In this document: piece by piece, positions 37,225 through 47,515 of the stretch
How positions within the stretch are numbered: position 1 is the stretch's first letter
Layout: every line of letters begins with the position of its first letter
Origin: Candidatus Moraniibacteriota bacterium
GTDB taxonomy: Bacteria > Patescibacteriota > Minisyncoccia > Moranbacterales > UBA1568
Reading direction: 5' to 3'
Length of the DNA: 64,000 nt
Assembly (NCBI GenBank): GCA_052034935.1
Contig: JBPOIB010000001.1
Location: 172,173-236,172, forward strand
Notes under the pieces: model-generated
Database searches by the model: none
Told to the model about the DNA's origin: nothing
The model's input: the letters and a program-made list of their open reading frames with translations, nothing else
Position numbers and translations under genes: made by a program

Positions 37225-39177
37225 ATGTCAAAGATACTCGGTATTGACCTCGGGACGACCAACTCGGCGATGTCTATCGTCGAAGGCGGCAGCCCTAGCG
37301 TCATCGAAAACAAGGAAGGCAATCGCACCACGCCCTCGATGGTCGCGATGTCGAAGACCAATGAGCGCCTCGTCGGCCTCCTCGCCAAACGTCAGTCCGT
37401 CACCAACCCGGAGAACACGCTCTTTTCCGTGAAGCGCCTCATCGGGCGCCGGTTCGAGGACGACGAGGTGCAGCGTGATATGAAGACGCTGCCCTACAAA
37501 GTCGTGAAGAGCGGCGAGGGGACGAAAGTCATCATGGGCGGCAAGGAATACACCCCGCAGGAAATTTCTGCCATGGTGCTCCAGAAACTGAAAGCCGATG
37601 CCGAAGAGAAGCTCGGCGAGAAGATCACCGATGCGGTCATCACCGTCCCAGCCTACTTCGACGATGCCCAGCGCAAGGCGACGATGGAAGCCGGTGCGAT
37701 CGCGGGCCTCAATGTCCGCCGCATCATCAATGAGCCGACCGCGGCGGCCCTCGCCTATGGTTTCAACAAGAAGAAAGACGAAAAGATCGCGGTCTATGAC
37801 CTCGGCGGCGGTACGTTCGACATCTCCATCCTGGAAGTCTCCGAAGACACGGTCGAAGTGAAGTCGACCAATGGCGATACGCATCTCGGCGGCGACGACT
37901 TCGACCAGCGCGTCATCCACTGGATCCTCGACGAGTTCAAGAAGCAGGAAGGCCTCGACCTCTCCAAGGATCCGCTCGCGCTCCAGCGCATCAAGGAAGC
38001 GGCAGAGAAGGCGAAGATCGAGCTCTCGACTGCTCAGGAATCCGAAATCAATCAGCCGTTCATCACGAGCGGAGCGGACGGTCCGAAGCACCTCGTCATG
38101 AAGCTCACCCGCGCCAAATTGGAAGAGCTCGTCGGTGACCTCGTCACAGGAACGCTCGAGCCGGTGAAGAAGGCGCTCGCCGATGCGAAGCTCTCCGTCT
38201 CTGACATCAATGAAGTCGTCTTGGTCGGAGGAATGACGCGCATGCCGCTCGTCCTCGCGACCGTCGAGAAATTCTTCGGCAAGAAACCAAATATCAGCGT
38301 GAACCCGGATGAGGTCGTCGCGATCGGCGCGGCCATCCAGGGTGGTGTGCTCGAGGGGAGCGTGAAAGACGTTCTGCTTCTCGATGTGACGCCGCTCACC
38401 TTCGGGATCGAAACGCTCGGTGGTGTCCGCACCCCGCTCATCGACCGCAACACGACTGTCCCAGTCTCAAAGAGTCAGACCTTCTCGACCGCCGCTGACA
38501 ATCAGCCACAAGTCGAAATCCATGTGCTCCAGGGCGAGCGTGAGATGGCTGCTGACAACAAGTCGCTCGGCCGCTTCGTCCTCGATGGTATCCCACCAGC
38601 GCCGCGCGGCATCCCGCAAATCGAAGTCAATTTCGACATCGATGCGTCGGGTATCCTCTCGGTGACGGCCAAGGACAAGGCGTCCGGCAAGACCCAGAGT
38701 ATCCGCATCGAATCGTCCACCGGACTTTCCAAGGACGAGATCGAGCGCATGAAGAAAGATGCCGAGCTCCACGCCGAGGAAGACAAGCGCAAGAAAGAGC
38801 TCATCGAAGCGCGCAATATGGCCGACACGCTTTCCTACACGACCGAGAAAGCGATGAAGGACGCGGGCGACAAGCTCACGGCCGAAGAGAAGAAGCCGGT
38901 CGAGGAAGCCATCGCCCAATTGGCCAATGTGAAGAATGGCGACGACCTCGAACAGATCAAGCAGAAAACCGAAGCGCTCTCGCAGGCTGCGCAGAAGATC
39001 GGCGAGAAGCTCTACAAGGCCGCCCAAGAAGCGCAGGCTGCCGCTCAGCCAGCCGCAGGTGCCCAGTCTGGTACCGAAGCTCAAACGGGCTCAACTGCTG
39101 AAGCTCCCAAGGATGCAGAGGTAGAAGAAGCGCCGAAAGCCGCAGGTACTGAGCCTGTCGAAGGTGACAAGAAGTAA
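37225..39177 (+). CDS. dnaK: Chaperone DnaK
   Basis: [30 protein letters not shown]. Confidence 0.99.
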   Translation: MSKILGIDLGTTNSAMSIVEGGSPSVIENKEGNRTTPSMVAMSKTNERLVGLLAKRQSVTNPENTLFSVKRLIGRRFEDDEVQRDMKTLPYKVVKSGEGTKVIMGGKEYTPQEISAMVLQKLKADAEEKLGEKITDAVITVPAYFDDAQRKATMEAGAIAGLNVRRIINEPTAAALAYGFNKKKDEKIAVYDLGGGTFDISILEVSEDTVEVKSTNGDTHLGGDDFDQRVIHWILDEFKKQEGLDLSKDPLALQRIKEAAEKAKIELSTAQESEINQPFITSGADGPKHLVMKLTRAKLEELVGDLVTGTLEPVKKALADAKLSVSDINEVVLVGGMTRMPLVLATVEKFFGKKPNISVNPDEVVAIGAAIQGGVLEGSVKDVLLLDVTPLTFGIETLGGVRTPLIDRNTTVPVSKSQTFSTAADNQPQVEIHVLQGEREMAADNKSLGRFVLDGIPPAPRGIPQIEVNFDIDASGILSVTAKDKASGKTQSIRIESSTGLSKDEIERMKKDAELHAEEDKRKKELIEARNMADTLSYTTEKAMKDAGDKLTAEEKKPVEEAIAQLANVKNGDDLEQIKQKTEALSQAAQKIGEKLYKAAQEAQAAAQPAAGAQSGTEAQTGSTAEAPKDAEVEEAPKAAGTEPVEGDKK

Positions 39178-39190
39178 GGAGTAGAATAGG

Positions 39191-39218
39191 AGCAGGGTTT
39201 CGGCCCTGCTTCTCTTCT
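39191..39218 (+). terminator. Terminator after dnaK
   Basis: AGCAGGG tttcgg CCCTGCT followed by pyrimidine tract. Confidence 0.6.
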
Positions 39219-39238
39219 TATCCAGTATCCACACGCTT

Positions 39239-40201
39239 ATGCTCGAACGTATCAAAACCATCTTCTACCGGCCGGAGTTCTTCCGGGACCAGCGCTTCAC
39301 GACGAATCAGGCGCTCAGCTTCTACTCGTTCGTCATCCTCGCCTACGTCATCCTCACGCTCTTCACGATGCTGCCGGGAGCGGCGGCTGCCCTCCAGTCG
39401 ATGCGTTCGGGCGAGTGGCAGACGCAAAAGGGGATCGTCGCCAGCCTGTATCCCGAGAATCTGCAGGTCACCGTGAGCCAAGGTGCGGTCTCGACCAATC
39501 AGGCCGGTCCGAGCGTCATCGCCGTCCCGTCGGCCTGGAAGCTCGCGGCCCATCCCGAGCCGGCCTTTCCGATCGACAATCTCGTCGTGATCGATACGAG
39601 CCGGCCGGTGACGCCGGCGACGCTCGAAGACGCGAAGACCGTCGTCCAGATCGGTCAGCACGAAATTGGTTTCCGCAATCCGGAACGCGGCGAGACGCGT
39701 ATCTTCAACCTGAAGGAAGCGAAATTCGACCGGAGTTTCACCCTGACCGCACCGATGTTCCGGGAGGGGATTGAGAAGGGGTTCAAAGCGCTCCAGATCG
39801 GTTTCTTCGCGCTCCTGTTTGTCGTCCCGGCAGTGCTCTACGTTGCCCTCTGGATCGGCTACCTCCTCTATAGCCTCTTCGGCGCGCTCGTCGTCTGGGT
39901 CGCGGCCAATGTCCGGGGGCAGACACTCCGCTACGGTCAGGCCTACCGCTCGGCGCTCTACCTCCTCGCCGGCCCACTCGCGCTCAGCTTCCTCATGTCG
40001 CTCGGCAATGTCCACATCCCGTTTGTGTTCACCCTCGTCCTCTTCGGCATGGCGTTCCTGAATTTCTCAGGAGTTCAGACGAAAGACTCTGAGCCCGTCG
40101 ATGAGCCAAAAGTAGAAAAGCTCCCCGAACCGGTAAAGATTGCTACTGCAGAAGCTCCTAAGGTTGCGGAAAAGCCGGTTGAATCGAATGAAAGTAAGTA
40201 A
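39239..40201 (+). CDS. DUF1189-like membrane protein
   Basis: N-terminal TM, extracellular domain, C-terminal TMs with LRYGQAYRSALY. Confidence 0.65.
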   Translation: MLERIKTIFYRPEFFRDQRFTTNQALSFYSFVILAYVILTLFTMLPGAAAALQSMRSGEWQTQKGIVASLYPENLQVTVSQGAVSTNQAGPSVIAVPSAWKLAAHPEPAFPIDNLVVIDTSRPVTPATLEDAKTVVQIGQHEIGFRNPERGETRIFNLKEAKFDRSFTLTAPMFREGIEKGFKALQIGFFALLFVVPAVLYVALWIGYLLYSLFGALVVWVAANVRGQTLRYGQAYRSALYLLAGPLALSFLMSLGNVHIPFVFTLVLFGMAFLNFSGVQTKDSEPVDEPKVEKLPEPVKIATAEAPKVAEKPVESNESK

Positions 40202-40243
40202 ACAGGCGGGCCCTTTCGGGCCCGCTTTGTTACCGAGTGTAGT

Positions 40244-40825
40244 ATGAATATATCCTTCTTAGAAAAAATTCCTTATAGAAAAGAGGTATTTTTACTTACC
40301 TACGGGTTTATTCTTACTGGTATTATTGGCGCGATCATAACGTTCGGACTACAGTCTGCATCGTGGAGATATCAAAATAATTCTGCAAAGCTAGAGAAAG
40401 AGCTTAATGTAGCCTCTGATGTTTTTGAACAAATTAGTACAGTAACCGACAAGCGCATCTATAGAATGGATAAGCTTGACCGTTGGCTGGTAGATGGAAC
40501 AGACGATGTAATGATTAATAATCTGATGCGGGAGTATAGGGATGTTCTTTACGAATGGAATGACTCATACAATAAAAATAAGGCTCTCGTAAATTTATAC
40601 TTTGGTACTGAAGTGTCTGCCCGTTTCGACTACATTCATTTCTTCTTTAAACAAGTAGGAAAAGACTTAGAGACCCAATATTACCTATCTTCAGAGAATC
40701 GTAATCAAGAACAGTTAGTTCAAATTGGAAATAGAATTGGTGATTTGAATAACATCGCACTTGAAATCAACGAGGGGATGATAAAGAAAATCCAAGCGCA
40801 GTCAGTCGGATCTTTTCAAAAATAA
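40244..40825 (+). CDS. Low-GC hypothetical protein with N-terminal TM
   Basis: 193-aa ORF; 18/60 GC in sampled line 40261-40320. Confidence 0.65.
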   Translation: MNISFLEKIPYRKEVFLLTYGFILTGIIGAIITFGLQSASWRYQNNSAKLEKELNVASDVFEQISTVTDKRIYRMDKLDRWLVDGTDDVMINNLMREYRDVLYEWNDSYNKNKALVNLYFGTEVSARFDYIHFFFKQVGKDLETQYYLSSENRNQEQLVQIGNRIGDLNNIALEINEGMIKKIQAQSVGSFQK

Positions 40826-40871
40826 AAGTATAGCTGTAAACGCATACAATCACCACTACTCAGAAAAATAT

Positions 40872-41396
40872 ATGTATCAAATTCGTATCCTCGCTGATGA
40901 TGGGTTAATAAAAAAGGAATATCGGACTGAACTTGAAGATATATTTCGGAAATCAGGATTGAATTTTGAGTATGTAGAATGTGATACACACGCAAAGGGT
41001 GGTGTAATTTGGTTTGCAACTGGATTAATAATTGCAGCTGTTGGAATGACTGCTCAAGGATTTTTCTCCGCTGTGGGTGAAGATCTTTATAAAAAACTCA
41101 AAGAGTTAATTAAGGACTCTTTAAAAAATCCACCGGAAAATACTCCGGGCATTGGAGTAGCTTATATATCCTTTATAAACGACGGTATTGAATTCTATTT
41201 TGAGTTTAGTGAGTTCATGATGGATAACTACGACGAGGCATCTTCTAGAATACTTGCAGATAATGATAGAATCGCGTCTGAGTTTAGGATAATTTCAAAG
41301 AAAGAGTTAGAGAACATACACGGGGAATTCACGAGTGTTACTTTAAGGTTCGATGAAAATAGTCGGCGATGGATTGTAGCGCACTACAATTTATAA
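40872..41396 (+). CDS. Low-GC hypothetical protein
   Basis: 174-aa ORF with central hydrophobic segment. Confidence 0.6.
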   Translation: MYQIRILADDGLIKKEYRTELEDIFRKSGLNFEYVECDTHAKGGVIWFATGLIIAAVGMTAQGFFSAVGEDLYKKLKELIKDSLKNPPENTPGIGVAYISFINDGIEFYFEFSEFMMDNYDEASSRILADNDRIASEFRIISKKELENIHGEFTSVTLRFDENSRRWIVAHYNL

Positions 41397-41404
41397 GTAA
41401 GCAT

Positions 41405-41713
41405 ATGAAATTCATCATCATCTACATCACTCATGCGGATATGAGGGCGGCGAAGAAGGTCGTGGAGGCATTGCTCCGCGATAAGCTCATCGCTTGCGCG
41501 AATTATTTCCCTATCGAGAGCGCGTATTGGTGGAAAGGGGAAATCACAAATGCCAAGGAAATCGTCTCGATCGTGAAGACCAAGAAATCAAACTGGACGA
41601 AAGTAAAGAAGGCGGTCGAGGTCATCCATCCCTACGACACTCCGTGCATCATGAAATTCGAAGTCGAATCCAACAAATCCTACGCCGACTGGATCCACAC
41701 CGAAACAAAATAA
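41405..41713 (+). CDS. cutA: Divalent-cation tolerance protein CutA
   Basis: LIACAN, SAYWWKG, HPYDTPCI, YADWI. Confidence 0.92.
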   Translation: MKFIIIYITHADMRAAKKVVEALLRDKLIACANYFPIESAYWWKGEITNAKEIVSIVKTKKSNWTKVKKAVEVIHPYDTPCIMKFEVESNKSYADWIHTETK

Positions 41714-41833
41714 AAAAATAGTTCAATGGAGTTAACCAATTGAACTATTTGGGGTGGGTTGGCCTTGGGCCAGTCTGGCGGGCGGCGGCCGCGCCAGCGT
41801 GCCGACCAGTGGTCGCTTTCCATGACGGTCTCC

Positions 41834-42130
41834 TTACTTGCTGACTTCGTAACCCTTCAGACCGCCGAGGGTCTTCAGGACTGTATCAAGATTGAGTCCG
41901 TAGACTCGGATCTCCTGCTTGCCGAGCTTGGTCAAGACGGTCAGGAGAATGCTGCTGCCATCGTTCGCCGCCTTCACCCGCTTGCCGGCGTAGCGAATCG
42001 GCTTGCCGCTCGCGGTGATGTAGCCGGGGGAGCAAGTGCCGCCCGCTTTGGTGACGGCGTTGACGATGGGTATGGCCGCTTCGGTCACGCTATCGTGGCG
42101 ACCGACGAGGCCGGATGTATCTAACTTCAT
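41834..42130 (-). CDS. Hypothetical protein (cassette-like)
   Basis: TTGATT-17-TATGAT promoter (42226-42198), GGAG SD, hairpin at 41717-41750. Confidence 0.65.
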   Translation of the reverse strand: MKLDTSGLVGRHDSVTEAAIPIVNAVTKAGGTCSPGYITASGKPIRYAGKRVKAANDGSSILLTVLTKLGKQEIRVYGLNLDTVLKTLGGLKGYEVSK

Positions 42131-42248
42131 GTGTTGCTCCAAAAGGACGTGATTCGGCTGCAGCCGACCCTGGTTAGTGAAGATTCACCAACATAATATC
42201 ATAGCACTTTTTAATGATAAAATCAAGTGCCAGGTAGTATTTTAAGAC

Positions 42249-42282
42249 AAATGAAAAACGGCAGGTCGGATGACACTGCCGT
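42249..42282 (-). repeat. Conserved terminator repeat, copy 1
   Basis: - strand: ACGGCAG-T-GTC atcc GAC-CTGCCGT TTTTCATTT. Confidence 0.85.
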
Positions 42283-42317
42283 CTTGGATGCTAGCGTGGC
42301 AAACACGGATGAGTGGT

Positions 42318-42716
42318 TCACTCGGCAGCCTTCCATTCGAAGTGCAGCCAGTGGAAATGGCGCCCATTGCGCGGCACCAGGTTGGGGAGGGTGATGGCCT
42401 TCGATCGGCTCGGAGTACCTTCGACGATAAACCGATCGGCGCGTTCGGCGCCGCGGATGAGTGCTTCGCGGAGTTGGGCAGCCGAGAGTTCGTACTGGTG
42501 GTGCAAGACGATCTCGGCCATGATGCGAAGGATGACCGATTCGTATTCGCTGGCGATTAGCCAGTCGCCATTTTCAAATTCGAGTGCCGTGAGCCGGAGC
42601 GGCGGAAGCGCTGCTTCCGTCAAGAGGGCGATGGCGAAGCCCTCAGCGGCTTCTTCGATGGCGGAGCGGTAAATCGCGGCTTCGAGGCGGCGGATAGCTT
42701 CGTTTCGAGTGACCAC
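42318..42716 (-). CDS. Hypothetical protein (cassette-like)
   Basis: AGGAG SD + GTG 42716; promoter TTGACG-17-TAGTTT abutting repeat copy 2. Confidence 0.6.
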   Translation of the reverse strand: MVTRNEAIRRLEAAIYRSAIEEAAEGFAIALLTEAALPPLRLTALEFENGDWLIASEYESVILRIMAEIVLHHQYELSAAQLREALIRGAERADRFIVEGTPSRSKAITLPNLVPRNGRHFHWLHFEWKAAE

Positions 42717-42777
42717 GAGGAATCTCCTGGTTGGCAAAGAATACTTTGAAACTACCGTATCCCTCTCTTGCCGTCAA

Positions 42778-42813
42778 AAATGAAAAACGGCAGAACTTTC
42801 GAGGTCCTGCCGT
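42778..42813 (-). repeat. Conserved terminator repeat, copy 2
   Basis: + strand: AAATGAAAAACGGCAGaactttcgaggtcCTGCCGT. Confidence 0.85.
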
Positions 42814-42844
42814 CTTGTTGTGCCAGCGGTTGCCGGCGAGTGCT

Positions 42845-43357
42845 TCAGGCAGCGAGACGTTCTTCACCATGGATGGGATGCCAGGCACGGAAGGCGCGGA
42901 GCGGTTCATTCGCCCGGACCGCCTCGATCACTTCCTGCGCCGGCGGTTGGTACAGGTAGAGCGTGACCGGGAGGAAGCTCTCGGCCATCGCTGAAAGGAT
43001 CTCTGCGTGATCCGCCCGGTCGCGCTTGCCTATGCGGCCGGTGCCGATCCGGACGCTGGAGTAACGCCGGCTACCTTCCGTCTGCCACAGGTAATCGAGC
43101 CCGAAACGGACGTAGCGATGAGCACCCTTCCAGCCATGCTCGCCGAGCGAGTGGCAGATGAGCATGTGAACCTGGCGGTCCGAGTTGAACTGGAAGCTGA
43201 GCACGCTGCCGAGGACGATCGGGTAGGCGACCGAAATCTTCTTGACGAAGGGGAGACCGATGCCGGTCACGTCCGAGAGTTCGCTGTTCATGCCGATGAT
43301 GATGTCGGCTCGGTTGTCCGGGCTGGTGATATCGCCTTGGACGATGTCTTTGATCAC
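42845..43357 (-). CDS. Macrodomain-like protein
   Basis: IVQGDIT...IIIGMN...GIG...RIGTGRIG resembles macro/Poa1p-like motifs; GGAG SD + GTG; promoter TTGACA-16-TAAGGT. Confidence 0.55.
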   Translation of the reverse strand: MIKDIVQGDITSPDNRADIIIGMNSELSDVTGIGLPFVKKISVAYPIVLGSVLSFQFNSDRQVHMLICHSLGEHGWKGAHRYVRFGLDYLWQTEGSRRYSSVRIGTGRIGKRDRADHAEILSAMAESFLPVTLYLYQPPAQEVIEAVRANEPLRAFRAWHPIHGEERLAA

Positions 43358-43455
43358 GGTTGTCTCCAAAGAGCTTGCCGGTTGCGGGATGCATCCGGAC
43401 ATGGGAGTACCTTAGCAGAAAAAGAGGCACTGTCAAGAGTCTCCAGTCACCTGAG

Positions 43456-43490
43456 AAAATGAAAAACGGCAGGTCGGTTGACTTGCCGTT
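43456..43490 (-). repeat. Conserved terminator repeat, copy 3
   Basis: + strand: AAAATGAAAAACGGCAGGTCggttGACTTGCCGTT. Confidence 0.85.
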
Positions 43491-43532
43491 CGTGTGTGCC
43501 GATGGTGAGGCTGGTGGTGCTGCTGCGGGCGT

Positions 43533-43886
43533 CTAGGCGATGACCAGGGCGTCAACGAGTTCGGGCTTGCCCGTTGGCCCGACGCCGTCGAATTCGGCCA
43601 CGACACCGCCGGCGGGGAGCTGAATCTCCTTGCCGTCGATCCGGAGGAGATGGATGTGGAGCCGGCCGCCGAAGGCGCCGTTCCTTTCCTCGGGATAGAA
43701 ACGGGCCTCGATGCGGGTACGGCGGTCGTTCGGCTGTACCGGGCAATCCTTGATGGCGAGGTTCGGTCCGTCGACGTCGATGACTTCGCTGACGTCGAGG
43801 CTCAGGCTGTTGGCATCGAGACCGTAGCCGAGGAAAAGGGTGAAACGAAGCGCTTGGCGGGCGTAGTCAGCAGGCATTTGATCCAT
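43533..43886 (-). CDS. Hypothetical protein (cassette-like)
   Basis: GGAG SD, ATG, promoter TTGACG at ~43971. Confidence 0.6.
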   Translation of the reverse strand: MDQMPADYARQALRFTLFLGYGLDANSLSLDVSEVIDVDGPNLAIKDCPVQPNDRRTRIEARFYPEERNGAFGGRLHIHLLRIDGKEIQLPAGGVVAEFDGVGPTGKPELVDALVIA

Positions 43887-43974
43887 GATGTCTCCGAAAG
43901 AACGGGGTTGGTCGGCCGGGCGATTCCTGGCCGAATGAGATAAATCTGCTACAAAAATCGATTTTCGTCAAGGG

Positions 43975-44010
43975 AAAATGGAAAATGGCAGAGCTTTGGG
44001 GCGCTGCTGT
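43975..44010 (-). repeat. Degenerate orphan copy of the terminator repeat (copy 4)
   Basis: + strand: AAAATGGAAAATGGCAGagctttggggcgCTGCTGT; no - strand gene upstream. Confidence 0.55.
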
Positions 44011-44066
44011 TGAGAAGGTGTACAATAGGGGTGTTGAACGTCTTTTAATCAGTAAGCGGCCGGCTT

Positions 44067-44234
44067 ATGGATAAAGTAAAAATTGAGAATCACAGTTTCA
44101 CGGGGTTCTCCTGGTTTGCGGGGTGGCTCTTCACCATCGGATTCCTCGGTCTCTCATTTGGAAAGGGGTTGCTCGCCGTTCTCCTCTGGCCGTACTATAT
44201 CGGCCAGTACGTGAGCGGTATCGTCGGGAGCTAG
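44067..44234 (+). CDS. 55-aa membrane protein (not in ORF track)
   Basis: MDKVKIENHSFTGFSWFAGWLFTIGFLGLSFGKGLLAVLLWPYYIGQYVSGIVGS*. Confidence 0.7.
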   Translation: MDKVKIENHSFTGFSWFAGWLFTIGFLGLSFGKGLLAVLLWPYYIGQYVSGIVGS

Positions 44235-44300
44235 AAGTAAATATCGTGCTGGTCAAAGAGTCAGCCGATAAGCTGAGAGATTTTTTAAAGCCGTAAATAT

Positions 44301-44591
44301 ATGACCAAACCAGAGCAACAAATCCAGATAAAGGCGACGGATGAAGTTTTGAAAGGAGTCTATTCCAATATGGCTCATATCTCGCATACGGGAGAGGAAT
44401 TTATCCTCGATTTTCTCTCAGTCTATCCGCCGACTGGGAGTCTGAACGCTCGTGTCATCATCAGCCCGAGCCATATGAAACGTATGGTAGCTGCTCTCGC
44501 GGACAATCTGGCCAAGTACGAAAAGCAATTCGGTTTGATCAAGGCGAGCGACGCGCCAACCACGGCACCGATTGGGTTTTCAGAAAAATAA
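44301..44591 (+). CDS. DUF3467 family protein
   Basis: GVYSNMAHISHTGEEFILDF...RVIISPSHMKR...YEKQFG. Confidence 0.85.
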   Translation: MTKPEQQIQIKATDEVLKGVYSNMAHISHTGEEFILDFLSVYPPTGSLNARVIISPSHMKRMVAALADNLAKYEKQFGLIKASDAPTTAPIGFSEK

Positions 44592-44604
44592 GCTGCCTCT
44601 CAGT

Positions 44605-45150
44605 ATGCTGCACTATGTTCTTTTTGGTCTCCTCTTCATGGTTGTCGGGGAGTTCTTGGTGAATGTCGTCTTCAAAGAGACGCTCGCCGGCTTCTTCGGT
44701 ACGCTCATCCTGTATGCAGTCATGCTCACGCTCGCGTATCCGGTCACGCGGCTCGGCAAAAAACTGCTCAAGATGTCAGGCTATTTTCTGACCTCGATGA
44801 TCATTCTCTTCGGCAGCTTGGGACTTTTCGTCATGGAATGGGTAATCATTGGTAACTCTCCGTGGGGGAATCCTGACGCAAGCCAGATTGCGATGTTCAT
44901 CTGGTGGGCGGGTGTGTTCGTTTTTCCGCTTCTCTGGGGCGAAGCGCTGCCCGTCCTTCAATTGATTCGCCGCCGGTCTTTGCAATACCATGCCGTGTAT
45001 ATGGGGACGCTCGTTGCTATGATGCTGCTCATCCCATTCATCCCGATGATGAAACCGCTCTCGCTGTTCGTCTTCACTTACGGACTTTTTCCTTACGGGT
45101 ATTTTTTGGGCGCCTCTGTCTGGCTCGTGAGAAAATCACCGTCTGAATGA
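44605..45150 (+). CDS. Polytopic membrane hypothetical protein
   Basis: ~6 hydrophobic helices. Confidence 0.65.
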   Translation: MLHYVLFGLLFMVVGEFLVNVVFKETLAGFFGTLILYAVMLTLAYPVTRLGKKLLKMSGYFLTSMIILFGSLGLFVMEWVIIGNSPWGNPDASQIAMFIWWAGVFVFPLLWGEALPVLQLIRRRSLQYHAVYMGTLVAMMLLIPFIPMMKPLSLFVFTYGLFPYGYFLGASVWLVRKSPSE

Positions 45151-45207
45151 AAGAAAAAGCCCGGGCGGAGTGCCTAGGCTTCGTGCGGCGATTGCATCGC
45201 CAAAGAA

Positions 45208-45408
45208 CTACTTGTTGTCGCTTGTGCCGCTGCCCCACTCGGCTTCGTCTCTCGCCGTCCAGACCATCCTGGACCCCGTTCCTTTCTTCGCCCGCGGAGG
45301 GTGCACAGCCACCTTGGCTCGCTTCCGGCGAAAACGGATTCGCTTGGGTATGAGCGCGAGGATACTTGTCATGAGCATGAGAACGAGCAAATTATGCCCT
45401 GTCTTCAC
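45208..45408 (-). CDS. Small protein: hydrophobic N-terminus plus basic segment
   Basis: AAGGAG SD + GTG, promoter TTGACC-17-TATTAT, hairpin at 45158-45180. Confidence 0.5.
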   Translation of the reverse strand: MKTGHNLLVLMLMTSILALIPKRIRFRRKRAKVAVHPPRAKKGTGSRMVWTARDEAEWGSGTSDNK

Positions 45409-45527
45409 GGAGTCTCCTTGTGGTGATTTTGAGAGTCAGTAACCAGCCTATGAAATAGGTAACAGAGATAATAACACATTACCTCTTTTCGGTCAATGTT
45501 AAAGCGGTTCTATCAAGAGAGCGGGTC

Positions 45528-45564
45528 AATGAAAAACGGCAGAACTTTGTGGGGTTCTGCCGTT
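45528..45564 (-). repeat. Conserved terminator repeat, copy 5
   Basis: + strand: AATGAAAAACGGCAGAACtttgtgggGTTCTGCCGTT. Confidence 0.85.
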
Positions 45565-45604
45565 CGTGTTTGCCGACGGTTTTCGGCGTATGCGGCTGGC
45601 CTTC

Positions 45605-46102
45605 TCAATGCGATACCTGTCCGAGTTCGAAGCGGTAGACGTTGGCGCTCTCTTCATCACCCGGGAGAGCCGGCTGGATCAGCCGGAATCCGAGTTTCTC
45701 GAACAGCCGATTGGCTTCGACTCGCTTCGCTTTTGATCGAAGCTCGACGTGGGGGAGATGCCGACCCTTCGCCTCTTGCAGGGCCGCTTTGACGAGGATC
45801 TGTCCGATGCCGCGTCGCCGGCAATCGCCTTTCACGACGAGGTCATGGATTTCTCCGTGCCGCTCGACGCCGGGCGTAACGACCAGCCTCGCGATCCCGA
45901 GCATCTTGCCGTTGTCAGACAAGTCGACAGCAAGAAGGCAATCACTCCCTCTCGCCAGCGCCTGAATGGCCTCGAATGTGACCTTGTCCCTTGGATAGGG
46001 GGACAGTTCGCAGTAAAGATCAACGAGATGGGCTTTTCCGTCGCCAGTGAACCGCCACGGTTCAAACCCGGCGTCGTGCTCGACACTTACGTGATGGTGC
46101 AT
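45605..46102 (-). CDS. GNAT family N-acetyltransferase
   Basis: IHDLVVKGDCRRRGIGQILV motif A; ANRLFEKLGF motif B. Confidence 0.88.
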   Translation of the reverse strand: MHHHVSVEHDAGFEPWRFTGDGKAHLVDLYCELSPYPRDKVTFEAIQALARGSDCLLAVDLSDNGKMLGIARLVVTPGVERHGEIHDLVVKGDCRRRGIGQILVKAALQEAKGRHLPHVELRSKAKRVEANRLFEKLGFRLIQPALPGDEESANVYRFELGQVSH

Positions 46103-46283
46103 GGACAACTCCAGTGTGTGAGGGGACAAAAATAGCTTCCGTTGAAGCCGATAGTTCCATTCTTACTCTCGCCGGGCTCGTTGGTCAAGATTCTTATGAC
46201 ACGGAAGGGAAGCAGCCTCTCTTCCGAGAAAAGACCCGATCAACATGGTGTTCGGGCCTAAGAGATTGGCGTAGAGTGTCCTC

Positions 46284-47474
46284 TTACTGTGGATTTCTTT
46301 TCATCGTCCGCGAGAGTCCGACGAGTGCGAGACTCCCGAGAGCGAGAAAGACCGTACCGCTCGTGAGGAGTGCCACTTGGAGTGAAACCGCATCGTGGAT
46401 CCATCCCATGATCGGACCGAGAGCCGAAAAGAGCAGTCGTGCCAAGAGATTCTTCACCGAGAGTACGGTCGCCCGGATTTCTGAATCAATCAGGCCGTTG
46501 ATGTAGTCCGAGAGGATCGGACCGTGGACACCGCGTGTGATGTAGAAGAGTGCGATGATGGCGGCCGCCGCAAGTGACCCGGCCATCCCGAGGAAGAGAT
46601 ATCCGGTAGCAGGAAGCATGATGAGGGCGATGAGCGACCCGCGTTTTCCGAGTCGCTCTTCAATCGCGTGCGCGTGCCAAGAGCACGATGCTCCGACGAG
46701 CTGGAACGTGGCCCAGACGATGCCGAAGTAAGTGAGTGGTAGCCCGGCCTGCTGGAGGTAGGGCTGGGTGAACCAGACCATAGTGAGCGTCGATGCGCCC
46801 ACAGTAGCGGAGTAGAGGCAGAGCCACTTGATTTCGCTATGGTCATGAAGCGCGTACTTGGCGAGACGCAACATGTCACGGAAGGCGCTTCCCTTCGAGA
46901 TGAGCTGTTGCCGTTTCGGTTCGACGATTGAGAGAGCGAGCGGGATGAGTGCCAGCATGATGATGGCCTCACAGTAGAGCGGAAAGCGCAGACTGATGAG
47001 AGCTAGCGCCCCGCCGAGAATGCTCGCGATGCTTTCCGAGACCATGGCGAGGCTCGTGTTGCGCCCTTCGATGCGCTTGTGCTCGTCGGTCCGACCCATT
47101 TCTCGGAGCGAATCGTAGAGGAGGGCGGATTCGGTCCCAGATAGGAAACTCGCGCCGAACCCGAGGAGAATTTCTGCGAGGAGGAATCCCCAGAACCCAG
47201 TCCCGATCGCATAGACGCCGTGTCCAATGACGCCGAGTGTGCAGCCGATGATGATCGAGGTCCGGCGACCGAAGCGATCCGAGAGATAGCCGGTCGGAAC
47301 TTCGAAAGCGATCACCGCGATTGAGAAGAGCGATTGAAGGAGGAACACCTGCGAGAGAGTCAGCCCGTTCTCCTGGAAGAAGAGCACAATGACCGGGATG
47401 ATGAGCATGAAGCTCCGGATTGACCGGATGACAGCGATCTTCCAGAGATTATCGGAAACGCGTCCGTTTGGCAT
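46284..47474 (-). CDS. MFS transporter (efflux-like)
   Basis: FEVPTGYLSDRFGRR, SGTESALLYDSL, RATVLS. Confidence 0.9.
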   Translation of the reverse strand: MPNGRVSDNLWKIAVIRSIRSFMLIIPVIVLFFQENGLTLSQVFLLQSLFSIAVIAFEVPTGYLSDRFGRRTSIIIGCTLGVIGHGVYAIGTGFWGFLLAEILLGFGASFLSGTESALLYDSLREMGRTDEHKRIEGRNTSLAMVSESIASILGGALALISLRFPLYCEAIIMLALIPLALSIVEPKRQQLISKGSAFRDMLRLAKYALHDHSEIKWLCLYSATVGASTLTMVWFTQPYLQQAGLPLTYFGIVWATFQLVGASCSWHAHAIEERLGKRGSLIALIMLPATGYLFLGMAGSLAAAAIIALFYITRGVHGPILSDYINGLIDSEIRATVLSVKNLLARLLFSALGPIMGWIHDAVSLQVALLTSGTVFLALGSLALVGLSRTMKRNPQ

Positions 47475-47515
47475 GGCAGCCCTTTCGAGTTGATTGAGTT
47501 GTGAAGGAACGTGCT

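Noticed and set aside
41680-41823. SD-led ORF starting at 41823 on the - strand
   Set aside because: Runs through the terminator hairpin into cutA; probably a truncated remnant or chance
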